NCBI GenBank assembly: GCA_951406725.2 | Contig: OX597826.1 | Coordinates: forward strand, 60,036,001 to 60,160,000 | DNA from: Octopus vulgaris | Taxonomy: Eukaryota | Length of the DNA: 124,000 nt | Direction: 5' to 3' | Shown here: in pieces, positions 102,966 to 117,000 of the stretch | Layout of the letters: the number at the start of each line of letters is the position of its first letter | Numbering within the stretch: the first letter of the stretch is position 1 | The notes under the pieces: model-generated | What the model was told of the DNA's origin: nothing | The model's input: only the letters and a program-made list of their open reading frames with translations | The model's database searches: none | Made by a program: the position numbers and the translations under genes

Positions 102966-103972
102966 TATCCGTATCTCCTTCTGAACTGACCAACCTTCTG
103001 CTCTTTACACAGTTATTAGCCGCTTTCATGAGCCCACTATATTATACACTTAAGTAATCCCATTTCTAGGCCAATTTTGAAAATCACACACAGACACATA
103101 CACACAACACACATACATGTACGCACGCACACACACAAACACAGACACATAAACACACAATAGAAACAATAACTCCATAACTCAGTCATATATACATATA
103201 CATTTATGTATGCATGCAAGAATATATGCAATCATAAATGCATGTCTTCAAGTATACATATGTAAACACAACGCCATCATCCATAGACGTACATGCATAA
103301 AGGGTTAATCTTAGGCGCGTTTTGGAACATTTTCTGCTCAAATTATACCGATTTAATCAATCCTGTACTAGTATCTAGTTTCTCTAATATATTTTCTATT
103401 CTAAATAAGAGATTCAGTTATTACCCCACCATCTTAGCGTCGATCTGACTGAATTTCTTTTAATAAATGCTTCGCACCTCATGGGATTTCGTTAATACCA
103501 TCAATGTTGTGCATTTAGGTAAAACATTAGCACTAACATCAAAAATGTGAACTAAGATAACTTAAGCATTCTTCTCACTTCGTTACGTCTTTGCACTTAG
103601 GATATAATTTAATTAGCTGATATGAAAATGATACGTTTCAAACGAACGCTTTGACGATATTTCTTTTCCTACTTGTTTAGAGATGTTACAAAGCAACAAC
103701 CCTTTTTTGGGCAAAAATATGAGGAAACTAACGGCTCACGTATTAATCGCTACTGAAGATACACGTACGAATTCCTTGGAAATATATGGTAACATGATTT
103801 GGAATATCAATACCTGCTTGTGTAAGGAGAACGGCTTTATCCAGAAAGTTATTTTCTCTGATATTATTTGGGTAACTATAATTCTGACGTGGATGGGTTA
103901 ATTAGTCTACACTAATGTCATTCTCAGAGTCAAATTTGTAGTCAGGAAGTGTAATCCACAAGGGGCTGAGTA

Positions 103973-104118
103973 CCAGTCATTGCAAATGATCAACTACTTT
104001 TAGATTTTACCGCTGACTCTTTTGGCTTCGAGACTATATTAGTCAAGACTATATTAGTCTCGAAGCCAAAAGAGTCAGTGGTAAAATCTAAGAATAGTTG
104101 ATAATTTGCAATGACCGG
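103973..104118. repeat. About 145 bp foldback with duplicated centre
   Basis: About 63 bp arms; centre GACTATATTAGTC-AA-GACTATATTAGTC. Confidence 0.85.
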
Positions 104119-104514
104119 TAAGATTCGTTATTATTTTTTCTATGATTATAGTTTACATCCTTGGTTAAAATATTTTTATACGCGTTCGCGTCAATAATAT
104201 ATAGACCCGTTGTTTGCATACTTAGATGCATACATAAATACATACATACGTTCGTACACATAAACATTCGTATATAACGATAACCGTAACGCGGAAGGAA
104301 GTATGGAAGTATATATTTGATGTGCTTGACTACGAGTCTTTTATATCTTAAGTGCGTGGCGTACTAAATTGTCATTCAATTTGTAATACAGAAATTATTA
104401 ACGGGCTTTTGATTTTTCGGTTTTTGATAGCTTTGTTCTTTATATTATACCATACATCGATATTTCGAGTATCTCCCTCACAGGAATTCTAGTTCTCCTT
104501 AGAGAATTCGCCTT

Positions 104515-104745
104515 AGGCGGCGAGCTGGCAGAAACTTTAGCGCGCCGGGCAAATTGCTTATCGGTATTCCGTCTCCCTTTACGTTCTGAGTTCAATTTCC
104601 GCCGAGGTCGACTTTGACTTTCATCCTTTCGGGGTCGATAAATTAAGTACCAGCTACGCACTGGGGTCGATGTAATCGACTTAATCCCTTTGTCTGTCCT
104701 TGTCTGTCGCCTCTATGTTTAGCCCCTTGTGTGCAATAAAGAAAA
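104515..104745 (+). mobile_element. SINE family B (long tail) with long TSD
   Basis: Flanked by GGAATTCTA(G/A)TTCTC(C/A)TTAGAG (22 bp, 2 mismatches). Confidence 0.9.
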
Positions 104746-105344
104746 AAGGAATTCTAATTCTCATTAGAGTGATACTTATTCAAGTTTTTCTAGTTTAAGT
104801 AGATTTCGTTGTGTTGATATGTATGTGTGTGTATGTTTGTGTGTGTGTTTACATATATAAATAAAAGACTTACGAGGAAAGCATCATGGTCGACTATTAA
104901 ATGGGCATACGTATTTTGACATACAAATTTTTTAAAAAGGATCCACTCCCAGTGTTACTAGGAATCTTGAAGCAAATATCATGGGAAATTCGTCCAAAGT
105001 AATTTATTTGAACCAGCGACAGCAAAATGATGTGGTGCTAATGAGAATTTATTTCTTCGCAAAACCCGCAGGAAATAGAAACGATATCTCCTTCAAGTCG
105101 AAACATACAGTTCTTGAAAAATGAAACACCTAATGGAGAATGTAGACGAGAAACCAACAAAAACAAAAAAATGATAATTGTAATTGGAATAACTCTAATC
105201 ATATAATCTGGAGAAATGAAGAGGATATTGCCGTTAAGAACTACTAAACCATCGTTTTTTAAGTATGATAAAAACACACATATACATAAACGCACTAACA
105301 TACAAACACACGTACGTATATATGTACATGAACATATATATATA

Positions 105345-105695
105345 TACTAGCAGTATCGCCCGGCGTTGCTCAGGTTTGTAAGGGAAATAACTATAAAGCA
105401 TTTTTAGAGAGTTATAGCCAAAAAATGGAAAAAAATGATGGTAAATTTTTTTTGAGAGTAAAAAAAGGTGGAGTTGCGTCCCCTAGACGGTTTGTGTTTC
105501 TGATTCTCGACCCCATGTCGAATTTATCGATTTTTTTCAGAACTGGGGGAACTTTTCAAAATTTTCGCTGCGTTAGTTTTGAATTATGACATTGGGCTAT
105601 GTGTGTGTCAAGTTTCATCAGAATCGGTTGAAAGCCGTGGTCAGGGTGAGGGTACGAGAAAACAGACACAAAGAAACACGCACAGACAAACTGCC

Positions 105696-105710
<15 letters not shown>
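105345..105710 (+). mobile_element. Non-autonomous Helitron (Lep1/HINE-like organisation)
   Basis: 5' TACTAGCAGTATCGCCCGGCGTTGCTCAGG with subterminal inverted repeat; 3' AAGTTTCATCAGAATCGGTTGAAAGCCGTGG...ACAGACAAACTGCCGTTTTATATA; inserted in a TA tract. Confidence 0.7.
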
Positions 105711-105730
<20 letters not shown>

Positions 105731-105825
105731 GCATAACCTATAGTGGTTAGCCATATTGAGATGGCAAATATACCTCACATTGTCGTGCAGTTACTGTTTA
105801 TACCTCGTTCAGAAATTTATTATTG

Positions 105826-105860
<35 letters not shown>

Positions 105861-106293
105861 ACACATGTACATATGCAAACACCTACACACGGAAGGATGA
105901 CACACGTACACGCTCACACATATGCATACAATTCATACTAAACATTACAAAGCCCTATCATGATCGAAAATGAGGTTAAATGCAAAGTTACTACATTTAT
106001 GGGAATAAATATGGTATATCGCTTTGAAAAATATATGAATTCATTTCAAACTACGATATAGAAATATGTATTTACGTATAGATGTGTGCAAGCGTTTATT
106101 TTATATACATGCATGTATGTTTATTTGCATGTATTTATTATTTTTATAAATGTATATATGCATAAATTCGAATTTAAGGAAATGTGAATGCATGCATGAA
106201 AACTCATTTATTATGGATAACAATAAATAAGCCGTCATTTAAGCAACGTTCTTTTCGCGATCCTCCTACTGAATGTAATAATATATGGATATG

Positions 106294-106374
<81 letters not shown>

Positions 106375-106401
106375 TTATATATCTATCTATCTATCCATTT
106401 A

Positions 106402-106444
<43 letters not shown>

Positions 106445-106552
106445 CAACCGATCTCCACATCTTCATATGTGTGTGTATGCTTATGTACAAGAGCATTTAA
106501 AGATATATGTGCAAAATGTATATATATATGTTTATATATATACGTGTGTGTT

Positions 106553-106695
<143 letters not shown>

Positions 106696-107309
106696 TCCAC
106701 AAACATATAGATTCCTATACGCGTGTGTATGTGTTTGTGTGTGCCAATACACATGCAGTTATATACAATACAAATATAAAGAGAATATCGTTCATTCCCG
106801 CATTAGTTGAAGTTTCTTTAAATCGGTGGAGCATCCGAACGAGAACTGCATACCCTTTCTTCAGAGTTTTGAAGTTTCGAGCTGAAATCCTGCTGAAGTC
106901 AGCTTTGACTCTCTTCTTCCTATGATCAATGAAAGAGTGGACAAGTCAAGTATCGACTGCGATCTAATCAATGTGTACCGTCTTACGGAAATTGCAGATT
107001 TGTCTTCGGTCAATTGCAGACTTTCATTAAATATGCGCAGTCCAATGAAACACTACTACACGCATTCGTGTAGTGTCTGACGATTGTTGACTTGTGGAGT
107101 TATGACTAACTGTTGCTGTCAGGTGTAGCATTGAAAACCCAAACATATTTGGCACCAATGACCAGTTTCATCTATGCCAACTTTCCTACACATCGGATAT
107201 CATGCGCATAGCAAAACACACTAAAGCGCATAATATATAGTTTAAATATTACATGCATAGTACTATGCAAGAGAAGGCGCATGGCTTAGTGGTTAGGGTA
107301 TTCGGCTTC

Positions 107310-108190
107310 TTTAATTTTCAGCTCCTCAATCATTATTTGATTTTTTAGATCATCTAGATAAGTTGGGTCAATTTCTGTTTGACTTTCTTCACCTATTTGA
107401 TTTTCCTCTGACTTGCTGTTTATGGTTAGTTGAGAGAGTATTTCACTTTATCAGTTACAATGGCTCTTTCTATCATTACTGCATTTTCATCAGCCCTGGA
107501 TTGGTTTATAATTATTTTCTCTTAGTATCTTCTTTAGCTTCAATTTAGTTCCCCTTATCCCTTACCGATTGTTTCATTCGGTCAATCTCTACTTCAGTTA
107601 CTAATTTCTTTTTCATAATGTTTCTTCTGACGTTGGCAAGTTTGTTACTGTCTATGTAGGATCTTAGTTCAAGGTGCTTCTGTCTCCAGTTTAGATAGGT
107701 TTCTTCAATATTAGATTTATTTGTGGGCAAATACATAGCATGATAGAAGGCCTTAAGAAATTTATTATCTGCCCTAAAAAAATTTTCATTCATTTTGTAC
107801 TGGTTATTTGATGACGAGAGTGGATGGCCATTTATTGGAATATTCTGATTATGGGGTACTTTCAGATCCTGTGTTTCGAGAAGATTGAACCAGTACCTGA
107901 TTTTCCGTACCCAGTCTAGTTCCTCACGGGAGTACGCGGCCCATATTGATGCGGGTGGCTGCTGAATCGGTTTGTATTTTGCGTTGTTGTTATGGCGGCA
108001 TGAATGGCTTGGACGTTAACATTAGAGGACGGATCTATCTGTTTAGGAATAATTCTTCGTGACAACACCGCCTCCGAGTTCTTTGAATGAAAACATTGCT
108101 CGTAACGTAGCTTGTTAATGCTAACAGATCTGTATTCGTCTGTATTTTCTTTTGCTGATAGACTTATCTCCAGGCATATTCTTTTTTGTG
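107310..108190 (-). pseudogene. 5' region and N-terminal ORF of an RLE-type (R4/Dong-like) LINE
   Basis: FFRADNKFLKAFYHAMYLPTNKSNIEETYLNWRQKHLELRSYIDSNKLANVRRNIMKKKLVTEVEIDRMK resembles the R4/Dong N-terminal pattern W..E.N......Y.......W........LA.QRR.I.....L...EI..I. Confidence 0.6.
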
Positions 108191-108199
108191 GTGTTTTTT

Positions 108200-108560
108200 A
108201 CTTATGAATTGTTCACTCTGTGTTAGTTCGGAAAAAATTGTTTTTTAGTTTCGCTTTTTTTTTTTTTTTTCCAAGAACCCAACAATAATTGGCATTATCT
108301 TCATCTTCATTTTCCAAATACCTGGCTATTTCGTGCTTTAGAGGGTTATATCTATCTATCTTTTCACCTTCTTTTTTTAGTATTAAGGGACATGCGACTT
108401 TAACTATGTAGAATATGTAATACACTTTGTCCACCACTACTAGATTCGGTCTCTTATGCACTTGATCTGTTTGGATTGAGAAATCCCAGAGGAATTTGTT
108501 AGTACCCAAACCCGCCACTGTCTGAGGTTTGTCTCCATACCAAATCTTGCCTCTCTCGAG
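108200..108560 (-). pseudogene. RLE endonuclease C-terminus of an R4/Dong-like LINE
   Basis: KFLWDFSIQTDQVHKRPNLVVVDKVYYIFYIVKVACPLILKKEGEKIDRYNPLKHEIARY...WVLG is a decayed PD-(D/E)xK RLE motif. Confidence 0.8.
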
Positions 108561-109116
108561 CTCCATTATCATCATCATCATCGTCATCATCATCATTATC
108601 ATCATCATCATTATCATCATCATCATCATAATCATCATCATCATCATCATCATCATTATTATTATTATTATTATTATTACAACTATTGTTGTTGTTGTTG
108701 TTTTTGCTGTTGCTGCTGCTTTTTTGTTGTTATTATTATTGATAACAATAATAGTAGCATACTCTGAATGTTTAATCAATGTGCCATTTGGTACACCCAG
108801 TTCTTACTTTATAGGCGACACGAAATAATTTCTAAAACCAACAAACACTGCCAGCCACAGTTTACTTACATCAGGCAATCAGTATGGTTGTATGAGAGAA
108901 CGGAATACAGCTGGCACTGGTTGAACTCTTGTTTGTAATTAAAACAATGGAATCAACAGCCACAAGCGAGAGACAGTTATTTAGAATCTTCTGGAGTGTT
109001 AAGTGAAGAAAACTCGTAGAGTTTTACTTTTTATTTTTTCTTAAGTATAATGAATTATTAAGAATGCAGAGTTTTTCAGTGCTTAAAAAAAAGTCATCAC
109101 CAGCACCTCTGTCATT

Positions 109117-109159
<43 letters not shown>

Positions 109160-109304
109160 GTATCACTGTAACTATCATTATTACAATCGCTTCCACAACT
109201 TTCTGCCATGAACAATTTCGCCATCGTTTTCATCATCGTTGTGATCATCGTTGTGATCGTCAACACATTCAGCTCTACAAGCACCACAATCACCACCAGC
109301 TCGA

Positions 109305-109708
109305 CGCTTCTTTTACTCTTTTACTGGTTTCTGTCATTTGACTGTGCCCATGCTGGAGCACCGCCTTTAGTCGAGCAAATTGACCCCCAGGATTTATTTC
109401 TTGTAAGCCTAGTACATATTCTATCGGTTCTTTTGCCGAACCACTAGGTTACGGGGACGTAAACACATCAGCACCGGTCGTCAAGCGATGTTGGGGACCA
109501 AACACAGACGCACAAACATATACACACACATGCATATATATATATAGATATACATATATACGACGGGCTTCTTTCAGTTTCCGTCCACCAAATCCACTCA
109601 CGAGGCTAAAGTAGAAGACAGTTGGCCAAGGTGCAACGCAGTAGGACTGAACCGGGAACCATGAGCTTGGTAAGCAAGCTACTTACCACACGGCCACTCC
109701 TACGTCTA
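109305..109708 (-). mobile_element. SINE family A
   Basis: All family A motifs present, small deletion. Confidence 0.9.
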
Positions 109709-110559
109709 TAATAATAATAATAATAATAATAATGATGATGATGATGATGATATGACAATAAGTAGTAGTATTAGTAGAAGTAATAGTAGTTGTAGTACCA
109801 GCAGCAGTAGCAATAGTGTGGTGAATGAGACGGAGGAGTTCAATTCAGTGGAAATGTAGCATTCCTTAACATTTCTAATTGTTGATTATGTTTATTAGAG
109901 CTATTACTTTTTTAAGCTTTTGCTCTCTATTTTGTACATCGAGAACATTTCTGCCGTAAATATTTTGCCATAAATGTTTCTCCTACAAATATGATTCAAG
110001 TAAATGCCTGTATTTCGCCGCCGCAGTCAAGTACGACTGATTAAGTGGGCACCGACTATAGCTGACGACAGTATGTAGTAAATTTTTGAGTTGAAATCTG
110101 GTGTATAGTATACAATGTCTTTACAAACAGGTTATACGTTCCGAGAAACTCATCATTGAGATGAAATATATCAAACGTTGCTCCGATAGGAGTCTGAAAC
110201 TTTTGGAACGAATGAAATCACAATCTCCGTTACACGTGGCCTATGCTCTGAGCAACAAATTTTCGCTAAAATGTACAGTGATATCGATATCTACTCGAGA
110301 GTCAGATGTAATAGCCACCAATGGAAATCATTTCGAATTACACATTCCGTTCGTTAAACATTCCATCTCTCATATCAGCAATATGACTGAGTGCTTACAG
110401 AATGACCACATATTTCTAGTAGTTTTCATTCAATATCTTCATAAAATTAAGCTGTCCGCCGACGGGAAATAACATCATTAGGTGAGACAAGCTGACTGAC
110501 GGGTGACGGTCGTTTAGAAAAAGCGCGGGCTAAAACTACGCACCTTCACTAGTCAGTTA

Positions 110560-110900
110560 AGGTGAGACAGTGTCACGTGATAACTTGGTGGGGCAGCCTG
110601 CTGGAGCCTTGCGACAGGTATTTAAAGGGAGAAATTTGATAAGACAGTCAGTCACCGGCTGACACTCGCTGACGATACATCGAAGAGGCCAGGGAACAGA
110701 AGAAAGGAGAAGAAAGAAGACATGCACCCAACACCAGAGCTGAAGACACCTCCGAAAGGGGGTGGTCCGCCACGTCAAAACGGTAGAGGAGTAGGGGCCG
110801 AAACCGGACGTGTTTCCTCCTGATGATGTCTTGAGCTAACTGGATCCTAAAAAGGAGCTGTTGTGTTAGCAGACCACGAAACGCGGTTGTAATTCATCCT
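110560..110900 (+). mobile_element. GC-richer LTR/pseudo-LTR-like segment with hammerhead half-motifs
   Basis: TATTTAAA at about 110620; CTGAAGA-CACCTCC(GAAA)GGGGGTG at 110740; CTGATGA...AGACCAC-GAAACGCGG at 110820-110886. Confidence 0.4.
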
Positions 110901-111194
110901 TATTTATGTTATCGGTTGATAGGAAGTGATTGAAATATTTATCAGAATGTTGATATCATAAATCCATGCCTTTATGTTGTGATGGTTTCATTGGACAACT
111001 TGCAATTCTAAGCAGGGAAATCCCGCGGAGAATAGCTCACGCTGTAACGGTCTCATAGTTATTTTACAGTAGCCATAGAAGCTAGTATTCAAATAATTTT
111101 GTAACTCGTCTGATTACTTACTTAATCTCTTCGCTCTCAAAGGAGCATAGGCTACCGACGACATTTCTCGTTAGTACCGCATGTATAGGCATGT

Positions 111195-111380
111195 ATGGAC
111201 AACGATTAAAACCAAACCCTATCCTGAATCCTACACTCTAACACTAACCCTAAAACCAAACCCTACACTGAAGTCTGAACCTAACCCTAAGCCCGTAAAC
111301 CCTAAAACTAAATCCCAAAACTTAACCCTAACCGTAACTTTAAACACTAATCTTAAACAGCAACCTTATTCCTAAACTTT
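111195..111380. repeat. Degenerate (CCCTAA)-like array
   Basis: Repeated AACCCTA/CTAACC/CCTAAA units. Confidence 0.7.
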
Positions 111381-111891
111381 AATGTACAGTTTGTTTTGGG
111401 AGTTTTTTACAAATATATTTCGTAGAAGATATTTTCCTTTTTAAATTATTTATATGCCTGTCCTATTTCACATGGCTATTCATTAAAACTGTGTTAAAAT
111501 TTCAAATCGTCTAACAACTTTTGTCGTCATAATGATTCGCTTTCATTTTGTTTAATAAAAATTTGTCATACTAATGATTATACTTTCAATTTGTGATAGA
111601 GAACTTTCACGAATAAAATGCCAGCTCCTAAATCTTGTTTTCTGGTTGAATAAAAATTATCACACCTCGGTAAAATTTTTGTAACAGTCTATGGAACAAA
111701 TGAATAAAATATCGGTTTCAGCGTGACATATGATATCAACGTACCAAATTTGAAAATGTTGACTTAATTTTGAAATTTCAAAATCTGTGTCAGCATCAGA
111801 ACATAACCCTTATGCGCACGTGTTCGCATGTATAGAACTAACTAGCTGGCTAGTTTGATAGTTAGCTAGATAGATGGACAGACAGACAGAG

Positions 111892-111926
<35 letters not shown>

Positions 111927-111938
111927 TAGATAGATAGC

Positions 111939-111994
<56 letters not shown>

Positions 111995-113142
111995 CAGAGA
112001 GAGAGAGAGAGAAAATAGATAGATAGATTGATTCATAGATAGACACATATGTTTAAATGCGTGTGTATGTGAATATATACGTGTGTGAGTGTGCGCGCGC
112101 GAGTGTAGCTATATTGTATTTTTGCTAATAGGAAATGAATGCTATCTACCATTGGGGTTTAATCGGCTTTTGATGTTTTCGTTATTTGCAACGAGCCTTA
112201 AGGACATTGCTGATTATGCAGATCTCTACTCAGAAGCATTTCAGTGTTGGTCATCTTATCATCTTTATGGCTGCATATGTCTAGAAGATGCTTGTACGAC
112301 AGGACTAGAGCCCCTTTTGAGGTTCCTTCGCTGGCTCGCATTTGATTGTATTTCGTAAAATGAGTGTAATATTTTCTATTTAGAGTTAGACATTTCGTTC
112401 GTTCTTGTTTACTTTTTTTTCCAGTTTCTCTACTAATCCTATTAATCCACCTATGGCTTCCCTATTGATTTAATCTCTATGCCTACTCTTTAAGGAAACG
112501 CAAAAATCGAAAACCATAGACAGTTTTCAATTTACTATAGCGAAATTCGAAAATATTTACAATCATTTTCGAGTTCCGCTTTAATTTAATATTACGATTT
112601 TAATTGTGAAAACTATGGGTTACGTTATCATTGTCGATTCATTTTATCTAAAAGTAATTAAATTTAAAATATTAGCAGTTAATTACTAATTAGATTCTAG
112701 TTTTTACTTTACGTCTTCTTATAACGAGATATGAGTTTCGATTTGTTATTCTTTTAGTCTTATTCATATATCATTGCTTACCTATCCTACCTCCAGATAT
112801 TATTTTAATAGACGCTCTGCAGTTAGAAATGGTTTATTTTTATATCTGATGAATTTTCCCACTATATTCGGTGTTCGATTGTATTCTACCACGAAACATC
112901 CGCTAGAGACTTACACTTGCGACAAATACTAAGCGACGAGAACATTCGCTGTACATTCGTGAAAATGTCTTCATTTGTTCATTTCAGCTTTTTAAGTTCA
113001 AACGCCATCCAGGTCAACATTTTGCGTCAATGAAATAAAGTAACCTTCCAGTACTGGGATTAATGGTAGCACCTAAAACACCGTCTCTGAAAATTGCTCG
113101 CTTGGACCGGAATGTCTTGCACACATACATTCACATACAAAG

Positions 113143-114181
113143 GAGTGGCTGTGTGCTAAGTAGATTGTTTACCAACAACATGGTTCCGGGTTCAGTCCCA
113201 CTGCGTGGCACCATGGGCAAGTGTTTTCTACTATAGCCTCGGGCCGAGCAAAGCCTTGTCAGTAGATTTGGTAGACGGAAACTGAAAGAAGCCCGTCGTA
113301 TATATGTATATATATGTTTGTGTGTGTATATGTTTGTGTGTCTGTGTTTGTCCCCCTAGCATTGCTTGACAACCGATGCTGGTGTGTTTATATCCCCGTC
113401 ACCTAGCGGTTCGGCAAAAGAGACCGATAGAATAAGTACTGGGCTTACAAAAAGAATAAGTCCCGGGGTCGAGTTGCTCGATTAAAGGCGGTGCTCCAGC
113501 ATGGCCGCAGTCAAAATGACTGAAACAAGTAAAAAAAAAAAAGAAAAGATATATATGTATACGTATGTGCAGACAAAATCTCACATTTATCCAGACACAC
113601 ACAGACTCTTTCTCACACACACATGTATGTGTGTGTGCACTCCGCCAAGAGAGCGAATATTACGTGTGTTTATATCTTTCTCACAACCACACAATTGCAT
113701 GTATACATGCCCGCGCGTACAAAAACACACTCAGATGCAAACACAAACACACACGTACACTTACACACACGTACACTTACACACACGTACACTTACACAC
113801 ACGTACACTTACACACACGTACAAAGACACTCATATACTCTTTTACTCTTTTACTTATCTCAGTCATTTGACTATGGCCATGCTGGAGCACCGCCTTTAG
113901 TCGAGCTAATCGACCCCAGGACTTATTCTTTGTAAGCCTGGTACTTATTCTATCGGTGTCTTTGCCGAACCGCTAAGTGACCGATGTTGGCGGGGTGGGG
114001 AGAAACAGATACACAAACACACACACACATATACATATACATGGGACGGGCTTCTTTCAGTTTCCCTATACCAAATCCACTCACAAGACTTTGGTCGGTT
114101 CGGTGCCATGCAGTGGGACTGAACCCAGATCCATGTGGTTGGTAAGCAAGCTACTTTCCACACAGCCACTCCTGAGCCTAC

Positions 114182-114185
<4 letters not shown>
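113143..114185. mobile_element. Inverted pair of family A SINEs (113143-113545 +, 113843-114185 -)
   Basis: Tail-to-tail copies about 300 bp apart; 18-mer minisatellite ACGTACACTTACACACAC x4 in the spacer. Confidence 0.9.
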
Positions 114186-114231
<46 letters not shown>

Positions 114232-114976
114232 ATATAATACTATAATCACTCAAACCATCTAAACTTCCATATACATTCTTTTTATTAAACACCTAACGAG
114301 GATATTGCGCGAACATATTCCCCTGATGAAAGTGCCATATATTTAAAATCAAAACCTCTCTAAGTACAGTTCCCAGATTTTGGATTTATAGCCCCAACTT
114401 TTCCAGAAATTCTGTACATTTTAATTTTGTTTAAAACCCTGAATAATTTTCGCTTGAAATTTTAACGATTTTGAAATCGCCTATAAAATCCCGTTTTTCT
114501 TTACATCAGCCATAAATTTATATAAAAGAAAGGAAAAAAACATCTTAAATGAAATAACTATATCTTTGTTTACTCTGCCGATAAGACGACTACACTTGTG
114601 TATTTCTGCTTTTACAATCACTTACCGCAGAGAAATACAGTTATGTCCAATTTAAATATGTATATATATAACTATGTGTGTGCGTGTGTGTGTGTGTAAG
114701 TGTGTGTTTTGTTTCCATTTCTGTAGATTCATATATTTCTCTCAAACCCATCAACGATATGTTTGCACGTATGCACGTATGTACAAAGGTTTACACGCCC
114801 GCAGAGACAAGCACATACGCATACACAGACGTACATAATATATTGCAGCTTTAATAAAACTATATATATGTACCCATACGCACACACAGATATACATAAT
114901 ATATTGCAGCTTTAATAAAACCATATATATGTAAGTGTGTGTGTGTGTGTGTATGTATACACACACATACACACAC

Positions 114977-115009
<33 letters not shown>

Positions 115010-116018
115010 CATATGCGTATCATATATGTCATAATATATTCAAAATTCCGATGCAGATTGCTAAGTAGCGAGTTAAGTGCCCGTAAGTATATATATATTG
115101 AGTGTGTGTGTTTGTGTGTGTGTGCATAATATATATATATATATATTCATACACATAGGAGTACATATATGTATATATTTATATAGATATATGTATATAT
115201 ATATATTTATATATATATGTGTATGTGTGTGTGTGCATATATACATATATATATACATATCTATGTGCCAGTATGTGTGTGCATAAGTATGTATCTGTAT
115301 ATAAAGGTGCATAGTGAAAGTCTGAGGATGGGGAGGAGAAGCTGTTAAAAGTAGCCCCAGTAGCCGTACTTGTTAATTAAATTTATCCAATTGCTTGCCT
115401 TGCAGAATACAAAATTGTGTGTTTTAAAGAGGGTCTATTATTGCAATTTCTATCTTGTCTTTATTATAATGGCTGTGTTTGTCTTGCACTTTATATATTT
115501 ATTATGTATTTATATTTGTGTGTTTTTATGAATTGTATGTATGTATGTGCGCTTGTATGTATATTTGTATATACATATATGTTTATATACATATATATAT
115601 CTATAAACATATATATATATATATTCATAATAATACATATGAAATATGTATTATTAGCGTTCATATATGCGTTTCTATATACATATTTCTATGTGTGTAT
115701 GTATTTTTATAATTATATATGTTCTTATTGTAGAGGGATAGGAATAGATAAAGAATGCATTAATATGAGAAGTGATGATGATGGTGGGGAGAATGATGAG
115801 GCTTTTTTAAAATGGCTGCAATATGTTAAAGCGCTATGTTTAAATTCTCACGTCAATGAAAATGTTAACGTTAAGAAGGTTCTTCAGAAAATACAGAAGA
115901 AGCAACTGGGAATCAACGAGTAGAATATATATATCCAAGATAGAAAAGAACGAAAAGAACGAAAAGAAAGAATTGTAGAAATACGTGAAGAGTAAGAGAA
116001 AGGGAAGTGACAAACAGT

Positions 116019-116062
<44 letters not shown>

Positions 116063-116616
116063 CAGAGACAGAGACAGAGACAGAGATAAGGAGGAGAGGG
116101 CGGGAGAGATAGTGGGAGAGAATGGAATAATTATTCGAGGGAATAAATGTATATGAAATGCATGAATATACAATTTGAAGAACTGAAATGATGACATTAA
116201 CATCGACGACTAAGACGACGACGATGACGAAGAAGACGACGACGACGACGACAATGATGATGATGATGATGATGGGGAGGACCTGGAGGAGAAGCAGGAG
116301 GAGGAGGATCAGGAAGATGACGACGGCGAAGTTGATGATTGTGTTAATGATGTCTGTGCTGTTAATGAAAGAGGCTGTTGCGAGTGTGATGACGGTGATA
116401 TCAGTTGCGATGGGTTGTAATAACACAGGAAGATATAGATTGATAGGAAACGCGTATATAGGGTTACCTGCTATCATAAAACGCCCAATCATACTCTGAC
116501 ACTCCGAAACACAAGCCATAATATATCCATAGATATAGAGGGATGCACACTCACTAACTTACTAAATAGTTTATATAATGAGTTCATCTTTTCGTTTCTA
116601 AAACAGGTTTAAAATA

Positions 116617-117000
116617 TGATTTACCAACCACATGGTTCCGGGTTCAGTCCCACTGCGTGGCACCTTGGGCAAGTGTCTTCTACTATAGCCTCGGGCCGAC
116701 CAAAGCCTTGTGAGTGGATTTGGTAGACGGAAACTGAAAGAAGTCCGTTGTATATATATATATATATGTATGCGCGTGTATGTTTGTGTGTCTGTGTTTG
116801 TCCCCCTAGCATTGCTTGACAACCGATGCTGGTGTGTTTATGTCCCCGTCACTTAGCGGTTCGGCAAAAGAGACCCATAGAATAAGTACTGGGCTTACAA
116901 AGAATACGTCCTGGGGTCGAGTTGCTCGATTAAAGGCGGTGATCCAGCATGGCCGCAGTCAAAATGACTGAAACAAGTAAAAAGAGAAAAAGAGAGAGAG
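116617..117000 (+). mobile_element. SINE family A (little diverged, head clipped)
   Basis: Close to the apparent consensus of the other copies. Confidence 0.9.
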
